Position numbers and translations under genes: made by a program. DNA of 64,000 bases from Candidatus Binatia bacterium. GTDB taxonomy: Bacteria; Desulfobacterota; Binatia; UBA9968; JAJDTQ01. The DNA lies in assembly GCA_963666515.2 (NCBI GenBank), contig OY762897.2:544001-608000 (forward strand), in the 5' to 3' direction. This document shows, piece after piece, positions 19,168-28,931 of this stretch. How positions within the stretch are numbered: position 1 is the stretch's first letter; each line of letters starts with the position of its first letter. Below the pieces are notes generated by a model. It saw nothing but the letters and a program-made list of their open reading frames with translations, was not told the DNA's origin and did no database searches.

Positions 19168-20286
19168 ATGGAAATTGACGAGGCGGTCACGCTGACCCAG
19201 GGGCGGCTCGCCCAGGAGGGCGCCACTATGGCGGACTTGCTTGGGCACTTCCGCAAAAAGGTTTCGCCGGTGCTTGTGGGCGATCCGCAATGGCAGCGCA
19301 TACTCCAATGCGCCGGGCAACTCCCGATCACCATGGGCGCTCTTCCGTTCGGCTTCGAGCTGCCGCTGCATGAACCCGGGCCGGAGGCCGATTTCGGCGC
19401 CTCCCTCGCGAGCGGCACCAGAACCGCGGCGTTCTTCCGGGAGCGCGCGCGGACTGATGAAACGGATGAGACCGCGAGAGCCATCACGCGGTTGTTCGGA
19501 CAAATGGATGCCGAAAATTCACCTTTGCAGGAAATCGTCGGCCGCAAGTTGATGCTGGAATATGACATCGGCTCGGCGCGGGACAGGGAGCGTTCGCATC
19601 CGGGAATGTTCCTGCGGCCCGGCGAGCGCCCGATTGTCGGAGCCCGTGGTCAGGTGGACGATGTCGCTACGGTGGTTGACGCGCTCGTTTCCTGCGTAGG
19701 TTGGGAGGGGAGTGACGCCGAGCGCGAGAACGTCGAAAGGGTTTACCTGGCGCAGCCGGGAGATACCCGCCTGGATTCGTTCGGTGTGTTCCCGTCCCGC
19801 TCACGGTCCATCCGCCTGGCGATCATGGGCTTCAAGGCGCAGCAGGAACTGCGTGCCTATCTTGAAAACACGGGTTGGCCCGGTCGGGTCTCGGCCGTGG
19901 AGGCCGTGATTTCACGCTTCAGGGAACGTGCGAACGTCGTCAGGACCGGGGTGAACGTGGACGTGCGGGAAGAGGGTCTCGGTCCGACGCTCGGCCTGAC
20001 GCTCATCGTCAAGCAGAGGTATACAAAGGATTCACGTTACTGGCTTGACGGCCTGACCGACTGGGATCCGTTCCTGGAAGCCCTGGGCCAGGAGGATGTG
20101 GTCGTTCCGGAGAAGCTTGCGGCGCTGGCCGGCTGGGTTTCGAAAGCGACGCCGCTATTCGGGAAGTCCGGGCGTTTTGTGCTGATGCGCGGCATTCACC
20201 ACATCAAGCTGGTCATTTCCGGCGATCAGCTTCGCCAGGCCAAGGCCTACGTGTTCATGGTGCTCTCGGCCGCGGTCTCCCCTTGA
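19168..20286 (+). CDS. Uncharacterised cluster protein (possible aromatic prenyltransferase-like fold)
   Basis: GGAG RBS, 9 nt after ycaO, normal coding pattern. Motifs FGFELPL, MLEYDIG and HHIKLV...AKAYVF. The function is speculative. Confidence 0.55.
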   Translation: MEIDEAVTLTQGRLAQEGATMADLLGHFRKKVSPVLVGDPQWQRILQCAGQLPITMGALPFGFELPLHEPGPEADFGASLASGTRTAAFFRERARTDETDETARAITRLFGQMDAENSPLQEIVGRKLMLEYDIGSARDRERSHPGMFLRPGERPIVGARGQVDDVATVVDALVSCVGWEGSDAERENVERVYLAQPGDTRLDSFGVFPSRSRSIRLAIMGFKAQQELRAYLENTGWPGRVSAVEAVISRFRERANVVRTGVNVDVREEGLGPTLGLTLIVKQRYTKDSRYWLDGLTDWDPFLEALGQEDVVVPEKLAALAGWVSKATPLFGKSGRFVLMRGIHHIKLVISGDQLRQAKAYVFMVLSAAVSP

Positions 20287-20303
20287 CACCGGCCTGGAAC
20301 GGG

Positions 20304-20351
20304 AAAAACAAACCCCCGCCACCCCGCGATGGCGGGTGACGGGGGCTGTTT
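20304..20351. terminator. Bidirectional rho-independent terminator between the convergent operons
   Basis: AAAAACAAA-CCCCCGCCACCCCGC-GATG-GCGGGTGACGGGGG-CTGTTT hairpin. Confidence 0.75.
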
Positions 20352-20417
20352 CAAGCTGTGTACGGATGCGGATTCGGATTGTTCCGGATCTTGACCGGCT
20401 ACACGCCGGTTATGGGC

Positions 20418-20669
20418 CTACCAGCAGCAGCAAAGGCCGGCCGAGATGGCCTCGAGCTGCTCCTCGGTGATGTTCGGATCCGGCGGCAACGCGAGATGCA
20501 CCGTCTGCATGTCGCTCTCATGGACCACGACGTTCATCGAGTCGGGAATCGTGATGCCCAATTCCCCACTGATGGTGGCCTTCGGATCCGCGAGAAGCTG
20601 TTGCCTGAACTCCGGGTCCAGGGCCGACTTCTCAACAATCTGGTTCAGCATTTCGTCACCACTTCTCAT
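20418..20669 (-). CDS. srpE: NHLP/proteusin RiPP precursor, core LCCCW
   Basis: Nitrile-hydratase-like leader (DPEFRQQLLADPKA), double-glycine-type motif ITEEQLEAISAG, then LCCCW-stop. AGGAGG RBS. Confidence 0.93.
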   Translation of the reverse strand: MRSGDEMLNQIVEKSALDPEFRQQLLADPKATISGELGITIPDSMNVVVHESDMQTVHLALPPDPNITEEQLEAISAGLCCCW

Positions 20670-20702
20670 GGCAGTCCTCCTTTATTCTCATCCATGTTCA
20701 AA

Positions 20703-20730
20703 ACGGTAGCACACAATTTCGCAATGTCAA
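20703..20730 (-). promoter_or_regulatory. Dedicated sigma70-type promoter for the precursor
   Basis: On the minus strand: TTGACA (20730-20725), 16 nt, then TACCGT preceded by an extended -10 TG. Confidence 0.5.
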
Positions 20731-20761
20731 GCCCTTTGATATCGCAACTGACATGGACCGT

Positions 20762-23050
20762 TCACCTGGCGTCAATTCGTTCCACTGCCGTCAACAGCGC
20801 CGGCAGGAGCGTCAGGTCGGCAATGAGCGCGGAGCCGATGATGATCGCGGTCAAGACGCCGACCTGCGCGGTTGGAACGAACGGAGAAAACAGCAATATC
20901 AGGAAACCGGCCACCAGCACGACCGTGGTCGTGAACATGGCTTCGCCGGCCGTGTCGAAGGCGTGACGCACCGCTTCTTCCGGGCCTTGGCCGTCTTCCC
21001 GCCGCGCACGGCGGTACTTGCTGAGGAAATGCACGGTATCGTCCACGACGATGCCTACGGTCATGGCCACCACGACGGATAGCGAGAGTCCCACCTGTCC
21101 GACCGTCAATCCCCAGACGCCGAAACCCAGCACCGCGGGAACCAGGTTGGGAACGATGCTTATCAGACCCAGCCGCAGTGACCGCAAGGCGAAGAGGAGG
21201 ATGGCGGAGATGGCCAGCAGCACCACCATTGTCCCGACCACCATGGCGCGGATGTTGCGCTGTCCGATGTAGGCGAACAGCGCCGCGGGCCCGGTGCTGT
21301 TGACGCCGCCCACATGCGGCGCGTTCTCCCTCAGCCAGGCCTCGGCACGCGCGTTCAGTTCGAGCAGCTCCCGCGAAGAAAGCGTCTCCGCCGATATGGT
21401 CACGCGCGTGGCCGATCTGGATCGGTCGATCTGATTATTCAGGTTCAGACCCTGCGGGAGCGACAGCTCGTAGAGCACCAGGTATTGCGCCGCCAGCTCC
21501 TTACTCTCCGGAATCCGGTAGGCGGCCGGGTCGTTGCCGTGCATGCTCTGGTTGAGTTGCCGAAAGGTATCGGTGATGACCGCCACGTGGCGTACGCGGG
21601 GCTGCTCGCGGTACCAGGCGGCGAAGTTCGCAACGTCGGCGAGGAAACGGGGGTCGGTGACACCGCCCTCGGCGGCCGCCTGCAGCGAGTATTCGAGCAC
21701 GGTGTTGCCGCTCAGGCGCTCGTCCATGAAATCCGTATCCTGCCGAAACTGAACGCTCTTGTCGAAGAAATGAACCAGGACGTCATTCAACTCGTTGCGC
21801 GGAATGGCCAGAATCATGGCGGCCACGATCACCACCCATCCCCAGGTGATCATCTTCCTGTAGCGCAGCACGGCATCCGCCAGGAGGTTCATCGCGGGTC
21901 CGCGAAGCCGGCGGTCCCTTGCGGCACGGACCGGGAGAAGCGAAAGCACGGCCGGCAGAAAGGTGACGGAGAGAAGGAAGGAGGCGACGACACCGAAAGC
22001 GACGAAGTTGCCGAGATGACGGTAGGGAGGCACTTCGGAAAAGTTCATGCTCAGGAATCCGAGCGCCGTCGTGAGGCTCGCCAGAAACACCGGATGCAGG
22101 TTGAGCCCGACGGATTCGACGATGGCGTCGTGCGTGGAATCCCCGGCGCGCAGACGCTGCTGCAAAGCCACCAGCAGGTGCACGCAGTTTGCCACGACGA
22201 TCATCAGCACGATGGTCGGCGCCGGGGAGATGGGTGGGGAAAAAGGCAGACCGGCCCATGCGCCCAGACCCATCGACGCGAGAACGGAAAAGACGATGAC
22301 CATCCCGGTCGCCGCCACCCCGGCCCAACCCCGGGTGAGGATGCCGAGGATCAAGGCCATGAGCAGAAGGCTTGCGGGCAGGAAGATCATCTGGCTTCTG
22401 ATCGAGGCTTCCACGAAGGTCTGGTTGACCATGACCGTGCCGACGACGCGAAGGTCCATGCCGGGAAACCGTTCTTCCGCCTGCGCGGCCACCGATCTCG
22501 CGTATTCCGCAACTTCGCCCACGGCCTCCAGCAGGCCTTCCTGCGGCAGTTCGATGGTGACGCTGACGACGCTGACGTCACCGTTGCGGGCCAGCATGCT
22601 GCCTGCGAGACGAGGGTCGGACAAGGCGATGGCGCGGATTCGTGAGCGCGCTTCGGCCCGGGTCAGCTCCTGCGGGTCCACAAGATCCCGCACATACAGA
22701 TCGTCGCCGTCGGCGGTGGTGTATTGAAAGTTGGCGAGGGAGTCGACGCGCCTCGTATAGGGTGTCCGCCAAGCGGCCTCCGTGAGCCAGACGGCGGCCG
22801 AGAGTGCGTCTTGCGACATTGCGTCGCCGTCGTCCGGAACGATCAGGAACGCGACGTTCTCGTTCTTCCCGTAGGTATTCTCCAGCGCTTCCAGCGCCAG
22901 AAGCTGCGGATTGTCCTCGTCGAAGAAGATGCGGTAGTTGGCGGAGAACTCGAGGCGGGCAATGCCGCTTGCCGCCACCGCCACCAGGAACAGCGTGGTC
23001 AGGATGACCGGCCAGCGGTGCGCGAGCACCCATTCGGCAAATCGGGTCAA
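20762..23050 (-). CDS. MMPL/RND-family transporter
   Basis: Two TM bundles with periplasmic loops, GIVVDDTVHFLSKYRR and ASLTTALGFLS. The TTG start overlaps the upstream ABC stop (TTGA). Confidence 0.88.
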   Translation of the reverse strand: MTRFAEWVLAHRWPVILTTLFLVAVAASGIARLEFSANYRIFFDEDNPQLLALEALENTYGKNENVAFLIVPDDGDAMSQDALSAAVWLTEAAWRTPYTRRVDSLANFQYTTADGDDLYVRDLVDPQELTRAEARSRIRAIALSDPRLAGSMLARNGDVSVVSVTIELPQEGLLEAVGEVAEYARSVAAQAEERFPGMDLRVVGTVMVNQTFVEASIRSQMIFLPASLLLMALILGILTRGWAGVAATGMVIVFSVLASMGLGAWAGLPFSPPISPAPTIVLMIVVANCVHLLVALQQRLRAGDSTHDAIVESVGLNLHPVFLASLTTALGFLSMNFSEVPPYRHLGNFVAFGVVASFLLSVTFLPAVLSLLPVRAARDRRLRGPAMNLLADAVLRYRKMITWGWVVIVAAMILAIPRNELNDVLVHFFDKSVQFRQDTDFMDERLSGNTVLEYSLQAAAEGGVTDPRFLADVANFAAWYREQPRVRHVAVITDTFRQLNQSMHGNDPAAYRIPESKELAAQYLVLYELSLPQGLNLNNQIDRSRSATRVTISAETLSSRELLELNARAEAWLRENAPHVGGVNSTGPAALFAYIGQRNIRAMVVGTMVVLLAISAILLFALRSLRLGLISIVPNLVPAVLGFGVWGLTVGQVGLSLSVVVAMTVGIVVDDTVHFLSKYRRARREDGQGPEEAVRHAFDTAGEAMFTTTVVLVAGFLILLFSPFVPTAQVGVLTAIIIGSALIADLTLLPALLTAVERIDAR

Positions 23051-25977
23051 GCGATCTGCCTTTTCACGAGGTCCCGGAATACCCCTTCGACCTCCATGAG
23101 TTCCTCGAAGGAGCCGCTCTGCACGACTTTTCCGGCCTGCAACACGTAGATGCGGTCGGCCTGTTCCAGCGTGGACAGGCGGTGGGCGATCACGATCCGG
23201 GTCGAGGTCAGGAGGCCCAGGTTCTGCATGACCTCGGCTTGGCTCTCGTTGTCGAGCCAGTTGGTGGCCTCGTCGAGCAGCATGATCCGCGGGCTGCCGA
23301 GCAGTGCCCGGGCGATGGTGACGCGCTGGCTCTCGCCGCCAGACAGGACACCTCCGATGGCTCCGACCATGGTCATCATGCCCATGGGCATGGCCTTGAC
23401 TTCGCTTTCGATTCCGGCGGCCCGGGCCGCTTGCCATACTTCCTCGACGCCCGGTCCCTCGTGGTGCGTGACGATATTGTCCCAGAGATCCTGGGGATGG
23501 AGTCGCACCGACTGGGGAACCGCGCCGATTTTCCGTCGCACCTGCTTCAGGTTCAGGTGCCGCAGATCGCGTCCGTCGTAGTACACCGCGCCCGCGGTCG
23601 GCCGGTCGATTCCGAGCGCCAGCCGGAACAGGGTGCTCTTGCCGGCGCCGGACTCGCCGGCAATTGCGACGAATTCGCCGGGACGGGCGCGAATCGTGAC
23701 ATCGTCGAGAATCAACGGCCCGTCGGGATCGTAGCGGAAGGAAATGCGGTCGAACAGGACTTCACCGCCCAGGCGTTCGACCGGCTCTCCTTCGACTTCG
23801 GATTCGGGAACCGCGGCGAGCAGCGGGCGCATCTGATCGAACGCGGGCAGCATGGCGGCGATGGCGCCGAAGGATTCGCCGAGCCGGGCGATGGCGGACT
23901 GGAAAGCGATGAAGACGATGTACACGACGAGAAAATCGCCGACCGGGACGTTCCGGTCGCCCACCGTGACCACCGCGAGAAGCAGTATTCCGCCGGCGAG
24001 GAAGGGAAGCGCGGCGCCGAATGCCCGCGAGTGTCCCTCTAGCGCGCCCAGTTCGAGCTCCGCGCGTTTCTGCTCGCGATAATCCCGCGCCCACATGGCG
24101 AAAGCCGACCCTTCCGCGTTTTCCACACGCAGCTTGGCGATACCGCCCATGATCTGGAAGAGCCGCCCGGCAACGCGGCGTACCGCGCTGATCATCCGCC
24201 CGTAAGGTGAGATCTGGCACAACCCGAGGGTTACGACGACCAGCAGTGAAGCCGCGCTGAAGACGAGGGTAATGACCCCGAGGGTGGCGTCGTAGAAGAA
24301 GATGACGCCAAAGACCGGGAGCAGGAAGATGATCGACAGCAGGCTGTCGGCGACGACTCCCTGCAAGCCGTCGCGAAGGTTCTGGAACGTCATTCCCGAC
24401 ATGGCCAGATCGCCCGCCGGATGGCGGTGCAGAATGGTTGGCGGGAGGCGCATGAGGCGGTCCCAGAAGGCGGCTTCGAGCCGCGATGCCGAGCGCCCCT
24501 CCAGCCGCATCATCGCCGAGCTTTGAAAAAGGTGCAGCAGGGCGCCGAGCAGGCCGAAGCCGGCAAGAGTCACGGCCGCGGCATAGAGCGCGCCGGCGCT
24601 CCCGCCTGCCACGATGTGATTCGCAACGAATCCAAGCGCCAGTGCCGGCAGCAGCTTGATCAGGCCGCCCGGGAGCCCGGCAATCACCAGCCGTGCCAAG
24701 TCCGCGGCTGATCCATGCAGGGCGATTCCCAGCAGGTCCGCGGGTTTCACGTCCCCCGGCGGCAACGGCGGATAGAAAACCCAGGCTTCGTTCTCGAGCG
24801 CCCCGGCGCGGTCCGCCGTAAGCCGGACACTGTGCTTGCTGACGGGGTCTATTTCCCGGTAGCGCCCGAACCTTCCCGGCAGCAACGCAACGGGCCGGCC
24901 GTCCTCGCTGCGGAACGCCAGCATCGCGTTGCTGTCGCCGCGCCACCAGTCGCCCTCGTCCTTGAATCGCACGCGCCGGGCGCGAACGCCTGACGCATCC
25001 AGCACGTCAACGAGGCCGACGGGAGAATCGGAAGATCCCGAGCGTGCCGGAATCCTGAAGTCGATTCCTTGATGGCGCCCGATGATTTCCAGGGCGTCCG
25101 CCAGAGCCGTGTCCTCGACACCGGCATCCCGGTCCACCGGCAGGTCGTAGATGTTGAAAAGCCGCTGTCGGGCCGCTCTTTCGGCCGTGCGGCGGCTGGC
25201 TGTCCGCTCGCGTTCGAGATTCGCATCATCGACCACGGCCAGCCGGCGGTTGAGGCGTTCCAGGGCGAAGGCAACCGTGTAGAACGAGGCGAGCGCCGGC
25301 CGCAGCAGGCCTTGCTGCGCCAGTGCTTCGGTGGATTGGCCCGAAAGGGTCGCCTCGTCGAACAGGTCGAGCCAGCCTGTCCGCGTCAGCGGTATCAAGG
25401 GTTCGTGCGCGCCGCTCGCCTGGGCAAGTTCCGCGGGGTCGATCATGTCCATGAACAGGCTCGCCCCGCGCGGCGGGGATACCCATACGACGCCGCGCCG
25501 CACGGACAGCGTGCAGGGGGTCAGGGTTTGCGTCCGACCGGGTTCGGCCAGCGCGGTCGCGCGCGGGAGGCGGCTTACAAGACGCGAAAGCGTGTCGGTA
25601 GTGGCGATCAGCGCGGCATCGGTCTGTTCCGCCAGTTCCGCTGGATGGACCTCGGCCAGCAACGATGCCGGAAGGCGTTTCAGAAGGGTGCCCGGCAGTC
25701 CTTTGGCGACCACCTTGAGCGTGGTGTGCTTGTCATGGCCGTCCTGTTCGTCCGGCGCGACACCCGGCAGCAGCCCTCCCTGTTCGAAGCGCAGCAGATG
25801 CTGGGGCGCCGCCTGCTGCACCCCGTCCTTGAATTCGACCAGGAACATATCGACGGTACCCTGATCAACGAACCAGACGCTATCCGCGTCGTCGAGGTCT
25901 ACCGGCAGGTTGCCGGCGCAGGGCACGGATGTGCCGGAGCGAGCGGCGAGTTGGCCTATGGATGTGTATTCCGGCAT
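23047..25977 (-). CDS. NHLP-system ABC transporter (peptidase-less partner, cNMP-like N-terminus)
   Basis: GESGAGKST, LSGGESQR, LLDEATN. The N-terminus has VWFVDQGTVDMFLVE and SGVRARRVRF. Confidence 0.88.
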   Translation of the reverse strand: MPEYTSIGQLAARSGTSVPCAGNLPVDLDDADSVWFVDQGTVDMFLVEFKDGVQQAAPQHLLRFEQGGLLPGVAPDEQDGHDKHTTLKVVAKGLPGTLLKRLPASLLAEVHPAELAEQTDAALIATTDTLSRLVSRLPRATALAEPGRTQTLTPCTLSVRRGVVWVSPPRGASLFMDMIDPAELAQASGAHEPLIPLTRTGWLDLFDEATLSGQSTEALAQQGLLRPALASFYTVAFALERLNRRLAVVDDANLERERTASRRTAERAARQRLFNIYDLPVDRDAGVEDTALADALEIIGRHQGIDFRIPARSGSSDSPVGLVDVLDASGVRARRVRFKDEGDWWRGDSNAMLAFRSEDGRPVALLPGRFGRYREIDPVSKHSVRLTADRAGALENEAWVFYPPLPPGDVKPADLLGIALHGSAADLARLVIAGLPGGLIKLLPALALGFVANHIVAGGSAGALYAAAVTLAGFGLLGALLHLFQSSAMMRLEGRSASRLEAAFWDRLMRLPPTILHRHPAGDLAMSGMTFQNLRDGLQGVVADSLLSIIFLLPVFGVIFFYDATLGVITLVFSAASLLVVVTLGLCQISPYGRMISAVRRVAGRLFQIMGGIAKLRVENAEGSAFAMWARDYREQKRAELELGALEGHSRAFGAALPFLAGGILLLAVVTVGDRNVPVGDFLVVYIVFIAFQSAIARLGESFGAIAAMLPAFDQMRPLLAAVPESEVEGEPVERLGGEVLFDRISFRYDPDGPLILDDVTIRARPGEFVAIAGESGAGKSTLFRLALGIDRPTAGAVYYDGRDLRHLNLKQVRRKIGAVPQSVRLHPQDLWDNIVTHHEGPGVEEVWQAARAAGIESEVKAMPMGMMTMVGAIGGVLSGGESQRVTIARALLGSPRIMLLDEATNWLDNESQAEVMQNLGLLTSTRIVIAHRLSTLEQADRIYVLQAGKVVQSGSFEELMEVEGVFRDLVKRQIA

Positions 25978-25988
25978 TGCGTCCTGTA

Positions 25989-28199
25989 TCAGCCTGACTT
26001 GACGAGCTTGAAATACGCGCCGTCCTCGTCCGCCATCAACTCGTCGTGGGTGCCGCGCTGCACTTCGACGCCCTTGTCGAGCACGATGATCTGGTCGCAG
26101 TCCCTCACGGTGCTCAGCCGGTGCGCCACGATCAGGCAGGTGACGCCGCGGCGCCGCAGGGCGTCATCGACGTATTCCTCCGTCGCGGCATCCAGAGAGC
26201 TGGTCGCCTCATCCAGGACGAGCACCGTCGGATGGCCCACCAGCGCACGGGCGATTTCCAGCCTTTGCCGCTGGCCGCCGCTGAAGTTGACGCCGCCTTC
26301 CTCGACGAGGGTCGCGTATCCGTGCGGCCTCAGGAGGATTTCCTCATGGATGGAGGCATCCCGCGTTGCGGCGATGATGACTTCATTCGGAACGGCCGGG
26401 TTCCACAAGGTGATGTTGTCGCGCACGGACGCGGAAAAGAGCATCGCCTCCTGATCCACCATGGAAACGGACCGCCGCAGCACTTCCTCGGGAATCTCGT
26501 CCCGCGGGTGGCCGTCGAACAGAATTTCGCCCGACCAGGGCTGGCAGATACCCGAAACCAGACGCGCCAGTGTCGACTTCCCGGAGCCGCTGGGACCGAC
26601 CACGGCAACCCGCTCCCCCGCCCTGATCACGAGGTTGAAGTCCTTGATCAGGGGCGGCCGGCTCTTGTTGTAACCGAAGGTGACGTCGCGCAGCTCGAGC
26701 CGGCCTGCAAGCTGAAGCCGGCCGTTGAACGTGGGGATGGACTCGGATTCGGGACTTCGGCGGCTGAAAGCGGAGTCCTCGGCGGTCTCGGAGACGTCTT
26801 CCAGTCGTTGCAAATCGGTTTCGAGCGCGTGGCGTTTGTCGGCGAACTCCAGAAAGCGTCCGACAGGCGCCAGGAACATCTCCGCCAGGATGTAGAACCC
26901 GACCAGCGTCCCCAGGGTCATGGCTCCGGTCATGACCAGACTTCCCCCGATGCCCACGACCGCGGCGCCGCGAAGCGCGGCGACCAGGCCCGGAAGCGCG
27001 GTATTGACGGAGGCCAGCTCGGAATAGAGCTGCCGCGCGCGCAGTTCGCGCGCCTGCTGACCGCTCCAGCGCGAAAAGAACTTGTCATCCGACCCCGTCA
27101 TGCGCAGGTTGTCCGCATGACTCAACATCTGCATGCCGGAGCTGATCAGCAATCCCTGCTCGCGCCTCATCGCGTGGCTTCGGACGTCCCGGAGCGCGTT
27201 GAGGAAGTGGGCCAGCATTCCGTGCAGGAGGGCCAGCAACAGCACGATTACCGTGAGCAGGACGTCGCAGGCCAACATGGCGACGAGCAGCACCGCGCTC
27301 ATCGCCATGTCGATGAGGAGCACAAGAAACTGCTCCGTCAGGTTCTTCGCGATCCTGTCGATGGATGAGACTCGGTCCGTCAGGTCGCCGACCAGCCGGT
27401 GTTCGAAGAACTCCACCGGCAAACGCAGCAGCCGCGACAGGCCCCGGTTGGAGCCGACCACCGAAATCCGCACTGCGAGCCGCTTGAGGAATCGGTGCTT
27501 GAGCAGGGACAGCACGTAGACCAGGACGCCGCCGCCAAGCAGGGCCGCCACCAATCCGCTCCAGGGCCCGTGGTTTTCCAGGACGTCGTCCACGAAAACA
27601 CCGAGGGACGCGGGAACGAGAAGCGCCAGCAACGTCAACATGAGCCCGCAGGCAAACACCCCGGCAAGCACGTTCCATGACCCGGCGAGCAAGGTGCGCA
27701 ATCGGCTGAACAAGCCGGGCCGCTCGCCGCCCGGCCTGAAGTCGGCGCCGCGCTTGAATTGCAGCGCAATGCCGCTGTAGCTCTTGGTGAACTCTTCCGC
27801 GGAAAGCGTGCGCCGCCCCGTGGCCGGGTCATTGAGATGGAAATTGCCGGCGTCGAACCCTTCGAGGACGACGAAATGGCTGAATTGCCAGAACAGGATC
27901 AGAGGCAGCGGCAGCTTTTTCAGTGATTCGGCGCGTACGCTGAGCCCTCGGCATTCGAGACCGTAGTGTCTGGAGGCGCGCGAGAGGCTCGCTGCGCTGC
28001 TGCCGTCCCGGCTCACCTCGCATCTTTCGCGCAGTTCGGTAAGCGGCACCCAGCGCCCGAAGTAGGCCAGGATGCTGCCGAGGCAGGCGGCGCCGCATTC
28101 CGTCGCGTGCATCTGCAACAGAAGCGGCGTGGTGACCCGTCGTTTCGACGGCTCCGACGCGGTCCTGTCGCTTGCCCCTGTAGAGGCGGCCGGCGGCAT
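25989..28199 (-). CDS. NHLP-system peptidase-containing ABC transporter (C39)
   Basis: QMHATECGAACL (catalytic Cys), HFVV, GPSGSGKST, FSGGQRQR and LDEATS. Confidence 0.92.
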   Translation of the reverse strand: MPPAASTGASDRTASEPSKRRVTTPLLLQMHATECGAACLGSILAYFGRWVPLTELRERCEVSRDGSSAASLSRASRHYGLECRGLSVRAESLKKLPLPLILFWQFSHFVVLEGFDAGNFHLNDPATGRRTLSAEEFTKSYSGIALQFKRGADFRPGGERPGLFSRLRTLLAGSWNVLAGVFACGLMLTLLALLVPASLGVFVDDVLENHGPWSGLVAALLGGGVLVYVLSLLKHRFLKRLAVRISVVGSNRGLSRLLRLPVEFFEHRLVGDLTDRVSSIDRIAKNLTEQFLVLLIDMAMSAVLLVAMLACDVLLTVIVLLLALLHGMLAHFLNALRDVRSHAMRREQGLLISSGMQMLSHADNLRMTGSDDKFFSRWSGQQARELRARQLYSELASVNTALPGLVAALRGAAVVGIGGSLVMTGAMTLGTLVGFYILAEMFLAPVGRFLEFADKRHALETDLQRLEDVSETAEDSAFSRRSPESESIPTFNGRLQLAGRLELRDVTFGYNKSRPPLIKDFNLVIRAGERVAVVGPSGSGKSTLARLVSGICQPWSGEILFDGHPRDEIPEEVLRRSVSMVDQEAMLFSASVRDNITLWNPAVPNEVIIAATRDASIHEEILLRPHGYATLVEEGGVNFSGGQRQRLEIARALVGHPTVLVLDEATSSLDAATEEYVDDALRRRGVTCLIVAHRLSTVRDCDQIIVLDKGVEVQRGTHDELMADEDGAYFKLVKSG

Positions 28200-28200
28200 C

Positions 28201-28752
28201 CTATGATCGCCTCATTCCGAAAAGCGCGGCCGGGGACTGCCTGCCGAGTTCGATGACGATCCGGCATTGCCGATCCGCGAGGGCACCAAAATCGATGCCT
28301 TTGTCGAGCGCGATATCAAGGCGGTACACGGACACCGGCGCCGCGGACTTCAACGCCGCCAACCCCTCGGACAGGGGTAACGCGGAAACGGTCGTGACCT
28401 CTCCGTCGAGCGTGTCTGCCTTGCCGGCCGCCCTGCCCAACTCTATCGCCGCCGGCATCCCGGCCTTGATGTGCGGTGCGAGGTCGTTTTCGATCCAGAC
28501 GAGCGCCTGGACGGACCGGTTGCCCTCGGGCAGGCTTTCGCCAGGCTTTACCAGTGCGCCCTCCACCGCAATGCTGCGAGGCACGTTGCCGAAGAAGAGC
28601 CATGCCGCGAGGATGAGCAACAACAGTCCGATGACGGCCACGAGCAGACGCTCCCGCGGCGTGGAGACCGTCAGCAGCCGGTCGAGTTGTTCGCGTTCTT
28701 CCTTTCCTTCGGCAACAGTATTGTGAAATGAGTCAAATGGATTGTTGAACAC
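28201..28752 (-). CDS. Shortened NHLP secretion (HlyD-like) accessory protein
   Basis: EQLDRLLTVSTPRERLL plus one TM segment, G.PAAI...GEVTTVS and C-terminal RQSPAALF. Only ~183 aa. Confidence 0.65.
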   Translation of the reverse strand: MFNNPFDSFHNTVAEGKEEREQLDRLLTVSTPRERLLVAVIGLLLLILAAWLFFGNVPRSIAVEGALVKPGESLPEGNRSVQALVWIENDLAPHIKAGMPAAIELGRAAGKADTLDGEVTTVSALPLSEGLAALKSAAPVSVYRLDIALDKGIDFGALADRQCRIVIELGRQSPAALFGMRRS

Positions 28753-28840
28753 GACCGTCTGCACCCTCCTCACAGAGATACAGCAACGGGAAGGAAAATC
28801 TCATGCGGCGTGAGTGGAAGTCTGGGGGATATCTGGAGGA

Positions 28841-28904
28841 TAATATGCAATCTCGACCCGGCAAGGTCAAGTCCTTTAACCTTGCAGGGGAATCGAGGTA
28901 CAAT
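28841..28904. promoter_or_regulatory. Divergent promoter region of the two transport operons
   Basis: TTGACC-N17-CATATT on the minus strand (from 28870) and TTAACC-N17-TACAAT on the plus strand (to 28904). Confidence 0.35.
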
Positions 28905-28931
28905 GCGGTATCTCCATCACGGGACCTGCGC

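Noticed and set aside
20358-20966. 202-aa plus-strand ORF over the precursor
   Set aside because: Antisense to the precursor and MMPL, which have an RBS and clear family motifs.
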